43,314 nucleotides of DNA from Candidatus Kerfeldbacteria bacterium (GCA_016207275.1 JACQPY010000005.1:1-43314); one strand, 5' to 3'; numbered from the stretch's first letter, positions 7,503 through 16,619 are shown. The notes: generated by a model not told the origin, from the sequence alone. A program made the numbers and translations.

Positions 7503-8438
7503 CTAGTGGCGAGCCGGTGGCGATGGGGGCGTCCGCACGAAGGCGGCGACCAGGCGGACGCCGAGGCTGCCGAAGAGCAGGGCCACGCCGACGGCCAGCA
7601 AGGGATAGCTGACGGTCGACAGCACGTTGCGCGCCAGACTGGCAATGGCCGCTTGGGTGGCCGGCTGTAAGCCGCCGAGGGCCAGCTGGCCGACGACCAA
7701 GGCGTTGGCGCCGAGCACGCCGATGGCACCGACTGCCAGCAGCAGCACCGCACTGACCCACAGCATCGTGCTGAGCCAACGGATCTGGCGTGGCCGCTGG
7801 GGAGCCATCAGCATCAGCTCAAGCAGGCCGACGATGACGATGCCAACCAAGCTAATCGTCAGGCCGCGGCGAAACGCTTCAACGCCGACCTTAAATGATT
7901 CTAGGGCAGTGCGGATTTGATCGGTGCCGCTAAGGGGCGGTGCGTTAATGGCCTCTAAAAAAGGCGCCAGCGACTGGTTAAGATCGAGCAGGTCAATTTC
8001 ATTTGGCAACACGTTGGCGGCGGTCGCGGCCACCTGATCGGGGAGCTGCTTCTGGAGGGCGTTTTCCAGCGCCATTCGTCGGCTGGTCAAGTCAAGCGTC
8101 AGGCGCAGCGGCTGGTTGCGGTTTAGCCAGCCATCGAGCGCATCGAGATTGCGTTCGATTTCGGTTTGCAGCCAGCTCGGCTCGACCACGCTGTTGATAA
8201 TCGCAGAGAGCTGAGGTGAAAGCGCGGCTGGTCGTCCGGGAAGACCGCTCGATTTTGTTAGTTGCTGCTGCAGCTCATGGGTCAGGACTTCGTAAGCCTT
8301 GACCTTGGTTAATTCGGCTTTGAGAAAGTTGGCTCGGAGCACTGTTTCGTTGACCGATGTGCCGAGGACAAACCCAACGATCGCTGCAGCCAACAGCGGC
8401 AGCAGTAGCATCGCCACGAACTTTCGGAGCACCAGCAT
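7503..8438 (-). CDS. hypothetical membrane protein
   Basis: 311 aa with an N-terminal TM helix, a long soluble region and a C-terminal cluster of hydrophobic helices. GGGAG lies upstream of the ATG. Confidence 0.6.
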   Translation of the reverse strand: MLVLRKFVAMLLLPLLAAAIVGFVLGTSVNETVLRANFLKAELTKVKAYEVLTHELQQQLTKSSGLPGRPAALSPQLSAIINSVVEPSWLQTEIERNLDALDGWLNRNQPLRLTLDLTSRRMALENALQKQLPDQVAATAANVLPNEIDLLDLNQSLAPFLEAINAPPLSGTDQIRTALESFKVGVEAFRRGLTISLVGIVIVGLLELMLMAPQRPRQIRWLSTMLWVSAVLLLAVGAIGVLGANALVVGQLALGGLQPATQAAIASLARNVLSTVSYPLLAVGVALLFGSLGVRLVAAFVRTPPSPPARH

Positions 8439-8474
8439 GGCGCTCCCTAGCGTAGCATGTTGTCGTAGATTGGT

Positions 8475-9425
8475 TTAGGGCTTGTAGTCGACGACGATGG
8501 CCGTCATGTCATCAACTTTGGCGCGGAGGTGCTCGTGTTTTCCGTCGGCGGACTGCTCGTGGCTGCGCGCGACGGCAGCTTCAAAAAGCCGGCTGGTTGC
8601 CTCGTCCGGTTGCGATGCGTCAGTGATTATCTTTTCAATCTCAGCGGTGGTGAGGTTATCATGGATTCCGTCGGAACTTAGAAGAATCCTATCGCCCGGC
8701 TGGACATCGAACGACAGCACGGTTGGTTCGGCCTCCCCTCCCACAACATTGGTTAATCCGTGTCGCTCCATGAACAGCCGGAGTTCCCTATCGGTCGGAA
8801 ACTCATCGAGGTTAGTAACACGGTCGTAGAACGCTTGTCGAGCGCGACGCTCTTCCCGACTGCCGAGCAGCGCCAGCGAATAACTGTCGTCAAGGGTCAT
8901 GGTCGTAATCCGACCGTTACGGAGCAAAGACACTCGGCTGTCGCCAACGTGACCGACGACGGCGGTGCGCTGGCTCCCCTCTCCCCGAACAAACTTTAAT
9001 ACCGTCGCGGTCGTGCCAATTTCTTTGTTAACTGGATGGTTTTCCGGATACTCGCGAACTGACGCGTCGGCAGCTTTAAACGACCTGACCATCCACTCTT
9101 TCGCTTGATCGAGCGTGGCGTCTTCGGGCAGTTGCCTGAGCAATTCTTGAAAACGTTCGCGGGCAACTCGAGCGGCGATTCCGCCGCCGGCAGGGTGAGT
9201 CATGCCGTCAAAGACCCCGAACGCTCCGCGTCCAAGGTCGGCAAAAAACAAGTCTTCATTACGATTCGGATGCTCTTCACTCGCTTCCGATTGGCCAGCG
9301 TAAACCAGCCCTCGTTCTGCTTCCGCGTTGCCTTCAGGGCTGCGTGGTAATCCTTCTCTTTCCATATTGCTTCTGGTGGAGGCTCTATCAGAGAATCCGA
9401 ACGGAATTCGTGGGATCTCCTGCAA
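8475..9425 (-). CDS. PP2C-family Ser/Thr protein phosphatase
   Basis: FGVFDGM, GTTATV, VGHVGDSRV, SSDGIHDNL and DDMTAIVV motifs. The start is uncertain; the alternative is ATG 9365 (MEREGL). Confidence 0.8.
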   Translation of the reverse strand: MQEIPRIPFGFSDRASTRSNMEREGLPRSPEGNAEAERGLVYAGQSEASEEHPNRNEDLFFADLGRGAFGVFDGMTHPAGGGIAARVARERFQELLRQLPEDATLDQAKEWMVRSFKAADASVREYPENHPVNKEIGTTATVLKFVRGEGSQRTAVVGHVGDSRVSLLRNGRITTMTLDDSYSLALLGSREERRARQAFYDRVTNLDEFPTDRELRLFMERHGLTNVVGGEAEPTVLSFDVQPGDRILLSSDGIHDNLTTAEIEKIITDASQPDEATSRLFEAAVARSHEQSADGKHEHLRAKVDDMTAIVVDYKP

Positions 9426-9488
9426 GGGCGGGAGAATCCCGAACCCCGCGTTGCTCGTTCGGGACGGCGCCTCTCGTCCAGACTCGGG

Positions 9489-9562
9489 TGGGCGGCAGAG
9501 GACTCGAACCTCTGACCTTCACAATGTCAATGTGACGCTCTAACCAACTGAGCTAGCCGCCC
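9489..9562 (-). tRNA. tRNA-Val (anticodon GAC), CCA not encoded
   Basis: Manual cloverleaf: GGGCGGC TA GCTC-AGTTGGTTA-GAGC G TCACA-TTGACAT-TGTGA AGGTC AGAGG-TTCGAGT-CCTCT GCCGCCC A. Confidence 0.9.
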
Positions 9563-9594
9563 ACCCGAGTCTGGATTGTCAAGAATTACTTACT

Positions 9595-9678
9595 CCACAA
9601 TGCTTGCCCCGTGAAGTTGAGCGAAGCGAAACTTTTACGGGGTCAATGTGGCGCTCTAACCAACTGAGCTACGAACCT
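9595..9678 (-). pseudogene. tRNA-Val-like 5' portion with a 40-nt hairpin inserted in the anticodon loop; no T arm or 3' acceptor strand
   Basis: AGGTTCG TA GCTC-AGTTGGTTA-GAGC G CCACA TTGAC[CCCGTAAAAG...CACGGGGCAAGC]AT TGTGG. The D arm is identical to that of the intact tRNA-Val 30 nt downstream. Confidence 0.6.
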
Positions 9679-9689
9679 ATGAACCAGAA

Positions 9690-9885
9690 GGTGCGGGATC
9701 AATGTAACGCTCTATCCTGGGCTTCGGTGCGCCTCTGGCGCATACCTCAGCCCGTTCTCCCCCGCACCAGGCGCTTGCGCTTCGGTGCGGGGTCGAACCC
9801 AACTGAGTCCCGATACTCGCTCTACGGACGAGTATCGAGGATCCTCGACCGCCTCATGAGGCGGTCGGGACTAACCGCCCGTTCG
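9690..9885 (-). other. leader of the tRNA-Val operon, made of further tRNA 5' fragments interleaved with palindromic modules
   Basis: GGGCGGTTAG | 67-nt four-way module (9806-9872: AGTCCCGA/TCGGGACT closing stem plus three hairpins) | CTCAGTTGGGT | CCCCGCACC..GGTGCGGGG hairpin | GGATAGAGCG TTACA TTGAT | CCCGCACC. Confidence 0.5.
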
Positions 9886-9890
9886 GTAGG

Positions 9891-9919
9891 AGGGTAGCAT
9901 GGGAGGATGAATAACTCAA
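9891..9919 (-). promoter_or_regulatory. possible promoter of the tRNA-Val operon
   Basis: On the minus strand: TTGAGT, 17-nt spacer, TACCCT, just upstream of the fragment array. Confidence 0.3.
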
Positions 9920-9940
9920 GATCTCGGTGGTCTACCTCAA

Positions 9941-10966
9941 CTATGAACTGTAGTCAAATGGGCGGCGAAATACCCAGACGTTCGCAAAGTTTTTGAGTGG
10001 AATCAGATCGATCGGCACGAGGTCGTGATCTTCGTTGCTGGCTTGCTCAAGTTGTCCCGGCGAGAGGATGCGGTCGTAGAACTTCTCGTCGCGCTGCTCG
10101 AGTACGCCGAAGCCGGTCCAGAACTTGGTGCGTGAGGATTTGGTAGTGCCGATTGGAATCGCGTTATTGATCGGATTGGAAAAGATTACGATCTTGTTGG
10201 CCCCGCGGACAAAGGCTCGGCGTCGCGAGACGGCGCAGTGAGCGTCGTGCAAGATGGGACCGAAGTCGATGATTTCCCGCTTCTCCTGGTCAGACAGCCC
10301 AGTCAAGTCACGAACCCCATCCCAGCGGATGTTGAGCTCCGAGCTTTTGTTTTTAGCTTCTCGTTTTTTTGGAGCCACGGCCGCGTATGTCTTGGTGTAT
10401 TCCTGGATCTGTTCAGCCAGCTCTCGCTCGTACTCGGATTTATCCGGATACATGTCGGCGACGCGCACCAATTCCATTTTCATGTTTGGCGGAAAGTATT
10501 TCCGGAAGTTTTCCAGCAATTGTTTGAACGATTCGATATACGCTTCTGGTTCGGTGTGCGGAACATTGTTCATTCGTTCAACAATAACGTCGTCCGAAGA
10601 AAACGAAAACAGCACGCCAGGCTGATAGGCTTGCAAGACGGGAGCTACGTACTGGCAGTAGTATGAGAAAGTAAAAAATTCCGCCCAATCAACTTCGGGC
10701 GTTGATGGTAAGCGCCATAGTTTATACGCACCGAACGGAAAGGTCAGTTTGATCGGTTCGTTTTTGGCCAGGTTGAGCTGAATCGCTTTTTTGATGTTGT
10801 TTTGAGTAGTCTCGTCAATTGACCACTTGCGGAATTTTTTGCTGGTCAGGACTTTGTAAATAAAGGCCTCAGTGCCGTCGCGCTCTAGCACGGCGCGGTC
10901 GGTTTTCGTCAGCTCGTAGGCTGTGCAATGCCTGAGCTTGCCTTCGAGGTAAGCGGGGGCGTCCAT
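9941..10966 (-). CDS. hypothetical protein, 341 aa, in a lower-GC segment
   Basis: Start taken at MDAPAYLEG (ATG 10966-10964); the upstream ORF-track extension is a translated repeat. The block PIKLTFPFGAYK...PEVDWAE...YQPGVLFSFSSDD loosely recalls the PvcA/Dit1-type layout, but I cannot assign a family. Confidence 0.65.
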   Translation of the reverse strand: MDAPAYLEGKLRHCTAYELTKTDRAVLERDGTEAFIYKVLTSKKFRKWSIDETTQNNIKKAIQLNLAKNEPIKLTFPFGAYKLWRLPSTPEVDWAEFFTFSYYCQYVAPVLQAYQPGVLFSFSSDDVIVERMNNVPHTEPEAYIESFKQLLENFRKYFPPNMKMELVRVADMYPDKSEYERELAEQIQEYTKTYAAVAPKKREAKNKSSELNIRWDGVRDLTGLSDQEKREIIDFGPILHDAHCAVSRRRAFVRGANKIVIFSNPINNAIPIGTTKSSRTKFWTGFGVLEQRDEKFYDRILSPGQLEQASNEDHDLVPIDLIPLKNFANVWVFRRPFDYSS

Positions 10967-10980
10967 TGTGCTAAGGTAAT

Positions 10981-11069
10981 TTCTCGACTCGTTCCCCTCG
11001 ACTCGCCCTGCTCGCTCGGGGTCCTCGCTCGAAAACAAACAAGAGTTTGCGTTCGAGCGAAGTCGAGAA
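10981..11069. repeat. palindromic intergenic element
   Basis: TTCTCGACTCG...CGAAGTCGAGAA outer arms and CTCGCTCGAA...TTCGAGCGAA inner arms. Confidence 0.55.
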
Positions 11070-11074
11070 CCGTT

Positions 11075-11689
11075 TTACTGTAGTCGCCATTCTTGCAGAA
11101 TCTTGCGGCATGTATTGAAATTGCCGAGGTGGCAAACGGCCAAGCGAGAGGCGGTGAAGGAGAACGGTTCGTTAAGCACAGGCGTTGGCCCGACCCCGAG
11201 TGTCATGTGCGGATGATGACTCGATTTCGTTCGGAACTCATCGACCCACTTCAAGCTGCCCGTCCGGATTGATTCTCCAGAATCACGGTACCAGCCATTC
11301 TCATCTCCGGTCGCTACAAACGGCTCAAGTTTGGCTAAAAGAATATTCTGTAGTCGCTGAAAATTCGCGGGATTGCTGAGTTCAAAACCGAAAATATTCA
11401 GTCCTTCAAAGGTTTCCGCGGAAATTTTCGTGATATCAAATGTAATCGGTCTTGTGTTATTTGCGATGCTTGTGATGGCTGTCATCACTGCCGGCTGGTC
11501 AGCTGATCGAATATATTGTTGGACAAGAGTGATGTGCGGCAGGTGGGTGTCATCAAATCGAAAACCTTGTTTGGTTTCTTCCCAAAGTCGCGCGTTTAAC
11601 TCACGGCATTTTGCCATTACATCTTCCGGCGGCAGCAGAACGACGTCGATGGCGAGGGATTTTGGCATGCTGTGAATTATACCATCCAT
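11075..11689 (-). CDS. 2H phosphoesterase superfamily protein (LigT / 2'-5' RNA ligase-like)
   Basis: Two H-x-T-x motifs at the expected spacing (PHITLVQ and PHMTLGV). The start is either 11689 or ATG 11668 (MPKSLA). Confidence 0.7.
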   Translation of the reverse strand: MDGIIHSMPKSLAIDVVLLPPEDVMAKCRELNARLWEETKQGFRFDDTHLPHITLVQQYIRSADQPAVMTAITSIANNTRPITFDITKISAETFEGLNIFGFELSNPANFQRLQNILLAKLEPFVATGDENGWYRDSGESIRTGSLKWVDEFRTKSSHHPHMTLGVGPTPVLNEPFSFTASRLAVCHLGNFNTCRKILQEWRLQ

Positions 11690-11690
11690 A

Positions 11691-11722
11691 CCGCAGCGTG
11701 GGGTTTAAACCCCACGCTGCGG
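11691..11722. repeat. perfect 32-nt palindrome
   Basis: CCGCAGCGTGGGG TTTAAA CCCCACGCTGCGG, immediately upstream of the 2H phosphoesterase gene. Confidence 0.7.
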
Positions 11723-11753
11723 GTGATGAAATTTACACGGGTAGGCGGGCTAG

Positions 11754-11816
11754 GGTTCTCCCGCGGAGTGGGATCCCGCCTTCCTTGAATTGTTAAGTCA
11801 ATGTGGCGGGAGAACC
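11754..11816 (+). repeat. REP-like hairpin, family TCCCGCC-N24-GGCGGGA (copy b), with an alternative outer arm
   Basis: TCCCGCC (11774-11780) / GGCGGGA (11805-11811) with loop TTCCTTGAATTGTTAAGTCAATGT. GGTTCTCCC (11754-11762) can alternatively pair with GGGAGAACC (11808-11816). Confidence 0.6.
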
Positions 11817-11946
11817 TAGGACTGGTCGTGTACCCCGCACGATGACCCCCTTTCGGCAAGCTCAAGGTCGTCAAATGCGGGGCAAGTCCGCCCAGCATCG
11901 GAGTGAAACGACTGGTGCTGGGTAAGACGACCGCCTGGGCACTTAG

Positions 11947-12019
11947 TGCGCACCCCAGGAGTCGAACCTGGAACCACTCGTGTATAAGACGAGAGCTCTA
12001 ACCATTGAGCTAGGTGCGC
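11947..12019 (-). tRNA. tRNA-Ile (anticodon UAU)
   Basis: Manual cloverleaf: GCGCACC TA GCTC-AATGGTTA-GAGC T CTCGT-CTTATAC-ACGAG TGGTT CCAGG-TTCGACT-CCTGG GGTGCGC A. CCA is not encoded. Confidence 0.85.
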
Positions 12020-12063
12020 ACTAAGTGCCCATTGCGACGACTGCTCCTCGCCCGGCGCCTGAG

Positions 12064-12081
12064 TCCCGCCGTCCGGCGGGA
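12064..12081. repeat. minimal TCCCGCC-GTCC-GGCGGGA hairpin (core of the REP-like family)
   Basis: Same 7-bp stem as the 4287, 11774 and 22125 copies, but with a 4-nt loop. Confidence 0.5.
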
Positions 12082-12221
12082 TAAACTCCGCGAATGGTGC
12101 TGGGTACCGTTGAGCCACAGGCCGACCAGGGGGTGGATTCCTGCCCGTGCCGATAGTACGTTGTCAGCACGAATGTGTCAAAAAAGCAGCTCTGGTTTGG
12201 CCGCCGAACCGCTGGTTGCCG

Positions 12222-13208
12222 CTACCGCCGAACACGCGCAGCAACTGCCGGTTTGGACGGCTGCTCGCGTATATCCAGCAGGTAGTGGATGATCCGCTTT
12301 AGCTTGGACGGCGCCTCGTCCGCTTCGAGCCGGAGGAAGAGGAACGTCCAGGCCATGAACTGGAAGGTCGTCAGCCAGGCGAAGATGAAGCCGAGGATGA
12401 CGAAGAAGGCGAGGTACTCCCCGGTCGCGAGGTTGGGAAAGTCGAAAGCGTTGATCAAGGTCGAGACCGTAACGTAGACGGTGACGAAGTTGACGGCGAT
12501 CAAGAGCAAGGCGAGCTCGATGGTCACCAGCCAGTGCCGGGTGAACAGGGTCCAGCCGGCGGCAATGGCCTGGCGGACCGGGTACTGCTTGATGACAATG
12601 TAGGCGTTGGCGAATTTGGTGACGAAGGCGATAATGACGATCAGCGGAAAAAGGACGATGAAGGTCCAGAGCATGATGCTGAGGGCCGCGGCGATGCTGC
12701 CAGTTTTAAAGAAGACTAAGGCCAGCGGCGCGATCACTACCAACAGCGCGCCGTAAACCACGACCTTGGCAATGACGTTGACCAAGAAGATCGGCCAGAA
12801 GTTACTCATACCGACGTCAAAGCCGCCGAGGACGTTGAGCGATTTGCCTTCCTCGTGGCGACGGGCGCCCTCGATCAGCGCGCCCTGGGCGACGATGACC
12901 AGCCAAGCCAGGGCCAAGACGGCGATCGCCCATGTGGCGATGATGTTCAGTGAGCCCGCCGGGTTGACCTGGAAAAAGGTTTTGAGGCTGTCGGTGAAGC
13001 CGGCAAAGATGCCTTGCTCGGCCGCCACCTTGAACTGCTCGAGTCGTCGCGGGATGCCGTCGAGGATGTCGCCGTTGCGGATCAGGATGTCGTATTCTTC
13101 CCCAAACGACAGGATGGCGGCGAACAAACCGAAAAACCACAAACTCTTGTGGGTCCAGGTGGCGCTCCACGCCTTACCGAGGACGTCGTTTCGAAAGAAT
13201 GAGGCCAT
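12222..13208 (-). CDS. hypothetical polytopic membrane protein
   Basis: 328 aa with about 7 hydrophobic helices. No family assigned. Confidence 0.65.
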   Translation of the reverse strand: MASFFRNDVLGKAWSATWTHKSLWFFGLFAAILSFGEEYDILIRNGDILDGIPRRLEQFKVAAEQGIFAGFTDSLKTFFQVNPAGSLNIIATWAIAVLALAWLVIVAQGALIEGARRHEEGKSLNVLGGFDVGMSNFWPIFLVNVIAKVVVYGALLVVIAPLALVFFKTGSIAAALSIMLWTFIVLFPLIVIIAFVTKFANAYIVIKQYPVRQAIAAGWTLFTRHWLVTIELALLLIAVNFVTVYVTVSTLINAFDFPNLATGEYLAFFVILGFIFAWLTTFQFMAWTFLFLRLEADEAPSKLKRIIHYLLDIREQPSKPAVAARVRR

Positions 13209-13316
13209 TCGTTTGTGGTTTCGCTCCAGTAGGCCAAATTATAGCACAGTTCTCCATCCTCCGCATAGGCGCGGAGGTTGACGGAAGCAATCCACCTCGG
13301 TCAGCCTGAGCAGAGG

Positions 13317-15164
13317 TCAGGCAGGGACAGCTTGTGGTTGCTTGGCTGGCGTTTTGGCGAACAGGGCTTCGAACTCTTCGCGTTCGAGCGTCTCTTTCTT
13401 GAGTAATTCGTCGACGATACGGTCGAGCATCCGGCGCTGCTTGCCGACGATTGACTTGGCCGTCTTAAAGGCTTCGTCCAGGAAGCGGGCCACTTCGGCG
13501 TCGATCTGTTGGGCAACTTTTTCCGAGTAATCGCGTTGCTCGGCAATCTCGCGGCCGAGGAAGATCAACTCTTCTTTTTCGCCAAAGGTCCGCGGCCCGA
13601 GCTTGTCGCTCATGCCGTACTTGGTAACCAGTTGGCGGGCGAGCTTAGTCGCCTGCTGCAAGTCGTTCGAGGCGCCGGTGGTCAGGTCACCGAAAACTTC
13701 AAGCTCAACCACGTAGCCGCCGAGCATGACCGCTAGATCAGCCAGGAACTCTTTCTTGGAGTGGAGCTTCTTGTCTTCGGTCGGGAGCTTGAGTGTGTAG
13801 CCGGCGGCTCGGCCGCGCGAGATGATGGAAACTTTATGAACCGGATCGGCGCCGGGAGATTCGTGGGCGACCAGGGCGTGTCCGGCTTCGTGGTAGGCGG
13901 TAATTTTCTTCTCCCGCTCCGAGAGCACGTAGCTCTTCCGTTCCGGGCCAAGCATAACCTTCTCAATGGCGTCGAAGCAGTCTTTGACGTCGACGACCTT
14001 CTTGTTCTGGCGGGCGGCGAGAATGGCGGCTTCGTTCAGGAGGTTAGCCAGGTCGGCGCCGGTAAAGCCCGGCGTCCGCTCCGCCACCCGGCGCAGCGAG
14101 ACGTCAGGGGCCAGCGGCTTCTTCTTGGCGTGGACCTTGAGGATGGCCTCCCGGTCATTGATATCAGGTACGTCAACCACGATCCGTCGATCGAAGCGTC
14201 CCGGTCGTAGCAGCGCCGGGTCAAGGATGTCCGGTCGGTTCGTGGCGGCGATAATAATGACGTTGGTGTCGGTCTCAAAGCCGTCCATCTCGACCAGGAT
14301 CTGGTTGAGCGTTTGCTCGCGCTCGTCGTGGCTGCCGCCCAGTCCGGCGCCGCGCTGGCGGCCGACGGCGTCGATCTCGTCGATGAAGACGATGGCCGGG
14401 GCGCCCTTCTTGGCCTTGCGGAAAAGGTCGCGAACGCGGGAAGCGCCGACGCCGACGAACATCTCGACGAACTCGGAGCCGGAAATAGAGAAGAACGGCA
14501 CGTTCGCCTCGCCGGCCACGGCCTTGGCCAAGAGGGTTTTGCCCGTGCCTGGGCTGCCGAGCAGCAGCACGCCCTTGGGAATGCGCGCGCCCAGACTAAT
14601 GAATTTGAGCGGGGTCTTGAGAAATTCGACTACCTCGTAGAGTTCCTCCTTAGCTTCTTTGGCCCCGGCGACGTCGGCGAAGGTAATGCGGATGCGCTTG
14701 TCTTGCGGCTGAATCTCGCGGGCATTGGCTTGCCCGAACGACAGGGCGCGGTTGCTTTGGCCCTGGGCTTGCCGGAAGATGAACCATAAGAAACCGGAAA
14801 TCAACAGGAACGGCAAAAGGAAGGAGAACAGCGCGTTTACCCAGAAGGCGCCGGTCGACGTCTTGACCGAGACCGCCGCGGCCGTCAGCTTCTCGGCCGG
14901 CACGTCGTAGTTAGCCGCCAGTTCAGACAAGCTTTGCGTTTCTTCCTTATAGGTAATTTGGTGCTTGCCGTCCTTGAGTTGGATGGTTAGCTTGCCGCCG
15001 TCAACTTCAATGGCCTTGATTTTGTCTTCTTTCAGCTCGGTGACGAACGTCCCGAGGTCGACGGTGGTCGGTTTAGACAGCGGGACCGAGACACGGCTAA
15101 AAATGAAGAAGATCAGCAGGAAGACGCCGAAAAAGGCCAGAAAGTTTTTGAGGACGTTACGCAT
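13317..15164 (-). CDS. ftsH: ATP-dependent zinc metalloprotease FtsH
   Basis: Two N-terminal TM helices, AAA+ Walker A GSPGTGKT, Walker [12 protein letters not shown], and the zinc motif HEAGHAL. Confidence 0.95.
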   Translation of the reverse strand: MRNVLKNFLAFFGVFLLIFFIFSRVSVPLSKPTTVDLGTFVTELKEDKIKAIEVDGGKLTIQLKDGKHQITYKEETQSLSELAANYDVPAEKLTAAAVSVKTSTGAFWVNALFSFLLPFLLISGFLWFIFRQAQGQSNRALSFGQANAREIQPQDKRIRITFADVAGAKEAKEELYEVVEFLKTPLKFISLGARIPKGVLLLGSPGTGKTLLAKAVAGEANVPFFSISGSEFVEMFVGVGASRVRDLFRKAKKGAPAIVFIDEIDAVGRQRGAGLGGSHDEREQTLNQILVEMDGFETDTNVIIIAATNRPDILDPALLRPGRFDRRIVVDVPDINDREAILKVHAKKKPLAPDVSLRRVAERTPGFTGADLANLLNEAAILAARQNKKVVDVKDCFDAIEKVMLGPERKSYVLSEREKKITAYHEAGHALVAHESPGADPVHKVSIISRGRAAGYTLKLPTEDKKLHSKKEFLADLAVMLGGYVVELEVFGDLTTGASNDLQQATKLARQLVTKYGMSDKLGPRTFGEKEELIFLGREIAEQRDYSEKVAQQIDAEVARFLDEAFKTAKSIVGKQRRMLDRIVDELLKKETLEREEFEALFAKTPAKQPQAVPA

Positions 15165-15210
15165 AGGTTGGTATGGTCAGCCTACCGGTCTGGTGGCGAG
15201 GTGACAAGCG

Positions 15211-16467
15211 CTACAGCGGAGTTGGTTCAGACGTGGCTGGGGTTTCCGCTGGCAGCGGCGCCGATTCCGGGCTAGTCGCGCCCCGCGTCGCGGCTTCCGC
15301 CGCCGCTGATGGCAGCGGCGCCGCCTTGGTTTCGAGCCGTTTCTTAATTTCGTCCGGCGGTTCTTCCAACGCCTTGAGCGACAGACCGAGCCGGTGGGCG
15401 TCGGGGTCGAGGGAAATGATCTTGAATTTCCTCAGCTCGTCGAGCTTCACTACTTCACCAGGGTGCTTGATCATCTTCCATGACAGTTCGGAAATATGAC
15501 AGAGGCCTTGGATGTCGGGGTCGAGTTCGACAAAAACGCCGAACGGGTTGAGCTTGATGACCTTGCCTTCGATGATCTGCCCGATCGAGTACTTCTTGAT
15601 CGCTTCTTTCCAGGGGTTGTCGAGCAACCGCTTGCGCGAGAGTGAAATTTTGGTGCCGTCGATGCCGATAATCTGCACTTTGATCGACTCGCCGACCTGC
15701 GCGATCTGGCGGGGGTCTTCAATCCGTTGCCAGGCTAGTTCACTGATGTGGACCAGACCTTCGAGCTTGGGGCCGAACTCGACAAAAACGCCGAAGTTAA
15801 CAATGCCGGTGACTCGGCCTCCCACCACGTCGCCGAGGTGGTATTGGCTGATGATTTCCGCCTGTTGCTCCTCCCAAGCGGCTTTTTCCGAGACAATCAG
15901 TTTGGACTCGCGTTCGTTGACGTCGATGACCTTGACCTTGAGGCTTTTACCAACGAGCTGCTGGAGAAGCTCGAGAATCTTCTGTTTATCACCGCCCTCG
16001 ACCCGCGGATAGTGTTCGGTGGTCAGCTGAGAAACAGGTAAAAATCCCTCGATTCGGTTGACCCGGACGAGCAAGCCCCCGCGGTTGGCGTCAACCGCCG
16101 GTGCGTCGATGGCTTGTTTTTTTTCCATCAGTTCTTGCAGTTCATCCCAGGCTCGTTGGTGGCCGGCGGAGCGGAACGACAGTTCCATCTCGCCGTCTTC
16201 GTTTTCCAGATCGAGGACCGTGGCCTGGACCACCTCACCAACTTTGAGGTTGGTGAATTGTCCCGATTCATCAAACAGCTCGCGGCCGCGGATAGTCCCG
16301 GCGGCAATGCCGTCGATATCGACGTGGACTTCCGACTTGGAGACACTTAAGATCGTTCCGGAAATTATTTGGCCGACCTTGGGAACGGACGGCAACTCGG
16401 CGCTCTTGAGGAGCTCTTCCATGGCCGACGGTTTAGTGCCGGCAGTCGTCGTGTTTAACGTCGTCAT
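15211..16467 (-). CDS. rpsA: 30S ribosomal protein S1 (multiple S1 domains)
   Basis: Repeated S1/OB modules (G..V.G.V..I..FG.FV). Start taken at MTTLNTT (ATG 16467-16465). Confidence 0.85.
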   Translation of the reverse strand: MTTLNTTTAGTKPSAMEELLKSAELPSVPKVGQIISGTILSVSKSEVHVDIDGIAAGTIRGRELFDESGQFTNLKVGEVVQATVLDLENEDGEMELSFRSAGHQRAWDELQELMEKKQAIDAPAVDANRGGLLVRVNRIEGFLPVSQLTTEHYPRVEGGDKQKILELLQQLVGKSLKVKVIDVNERESKLIVSEKAAWEEQQAEIISQYHLGDVVGGRVTGIVNFGVFVEFGPKLEGLVHISELAWQRIEDPRQIAQVGESIKVQIIGIDGTKISLSRKRLLDNPWKEAIKKYSIGQIIEGKVIKLNPFGVFVELDPDIQGLCHISELSWKMIKHPGEVVKLDELRKFKIISLDPDAHRLGLSLKALEEPPDEIKKRLETKAAPLPSAAAEAATRGATSPESAPLPAETPATSEPTPL

Positions 16468-16582
16468 GATTAATGCTCGGTAAACTCGGGATATCGGGAT
16501 AGCCGAGTGTCGGTTTGGTAATCCGACTGAATTTAAAGCTGTACGAGTGTAGCTCAAGCGGGGATTTTTCGCAAGCGGTCGG

Positions 16583-16611
16583 TTGACGAATGAGCAAAAA
16601 AGTTGTACAAT
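16583..16611 (+). promoter_or_regulatory. sigma70-like promoter, probably giving a leaderless or near-leaderless mRNA
   Basis: TTGACG, 17-nt spacer, TACAAT. The ATG of the next ORF begins 8 nt after the -10 element and no SD is present. Confidence 0.45.
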
Positions 16612-16619
16612 GACGATAT

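Noticed and set aside
5981-7753. The full 590-aa ORF for the CCA-adding enzyme. Similar long N-terminal extensions occur on the ORF-track entries for rplS, cdd, rpsA, the deacetylase, the 41280..41930 gene and the 9941..11038 gene.
   Set aside because: The extensions are Cys/Trp/Arg/Pro-rich or are translated repeat elements. They overlap neighbouring genes, and conserved protein N-termini begin at internal ATGs, several of which have SDs.
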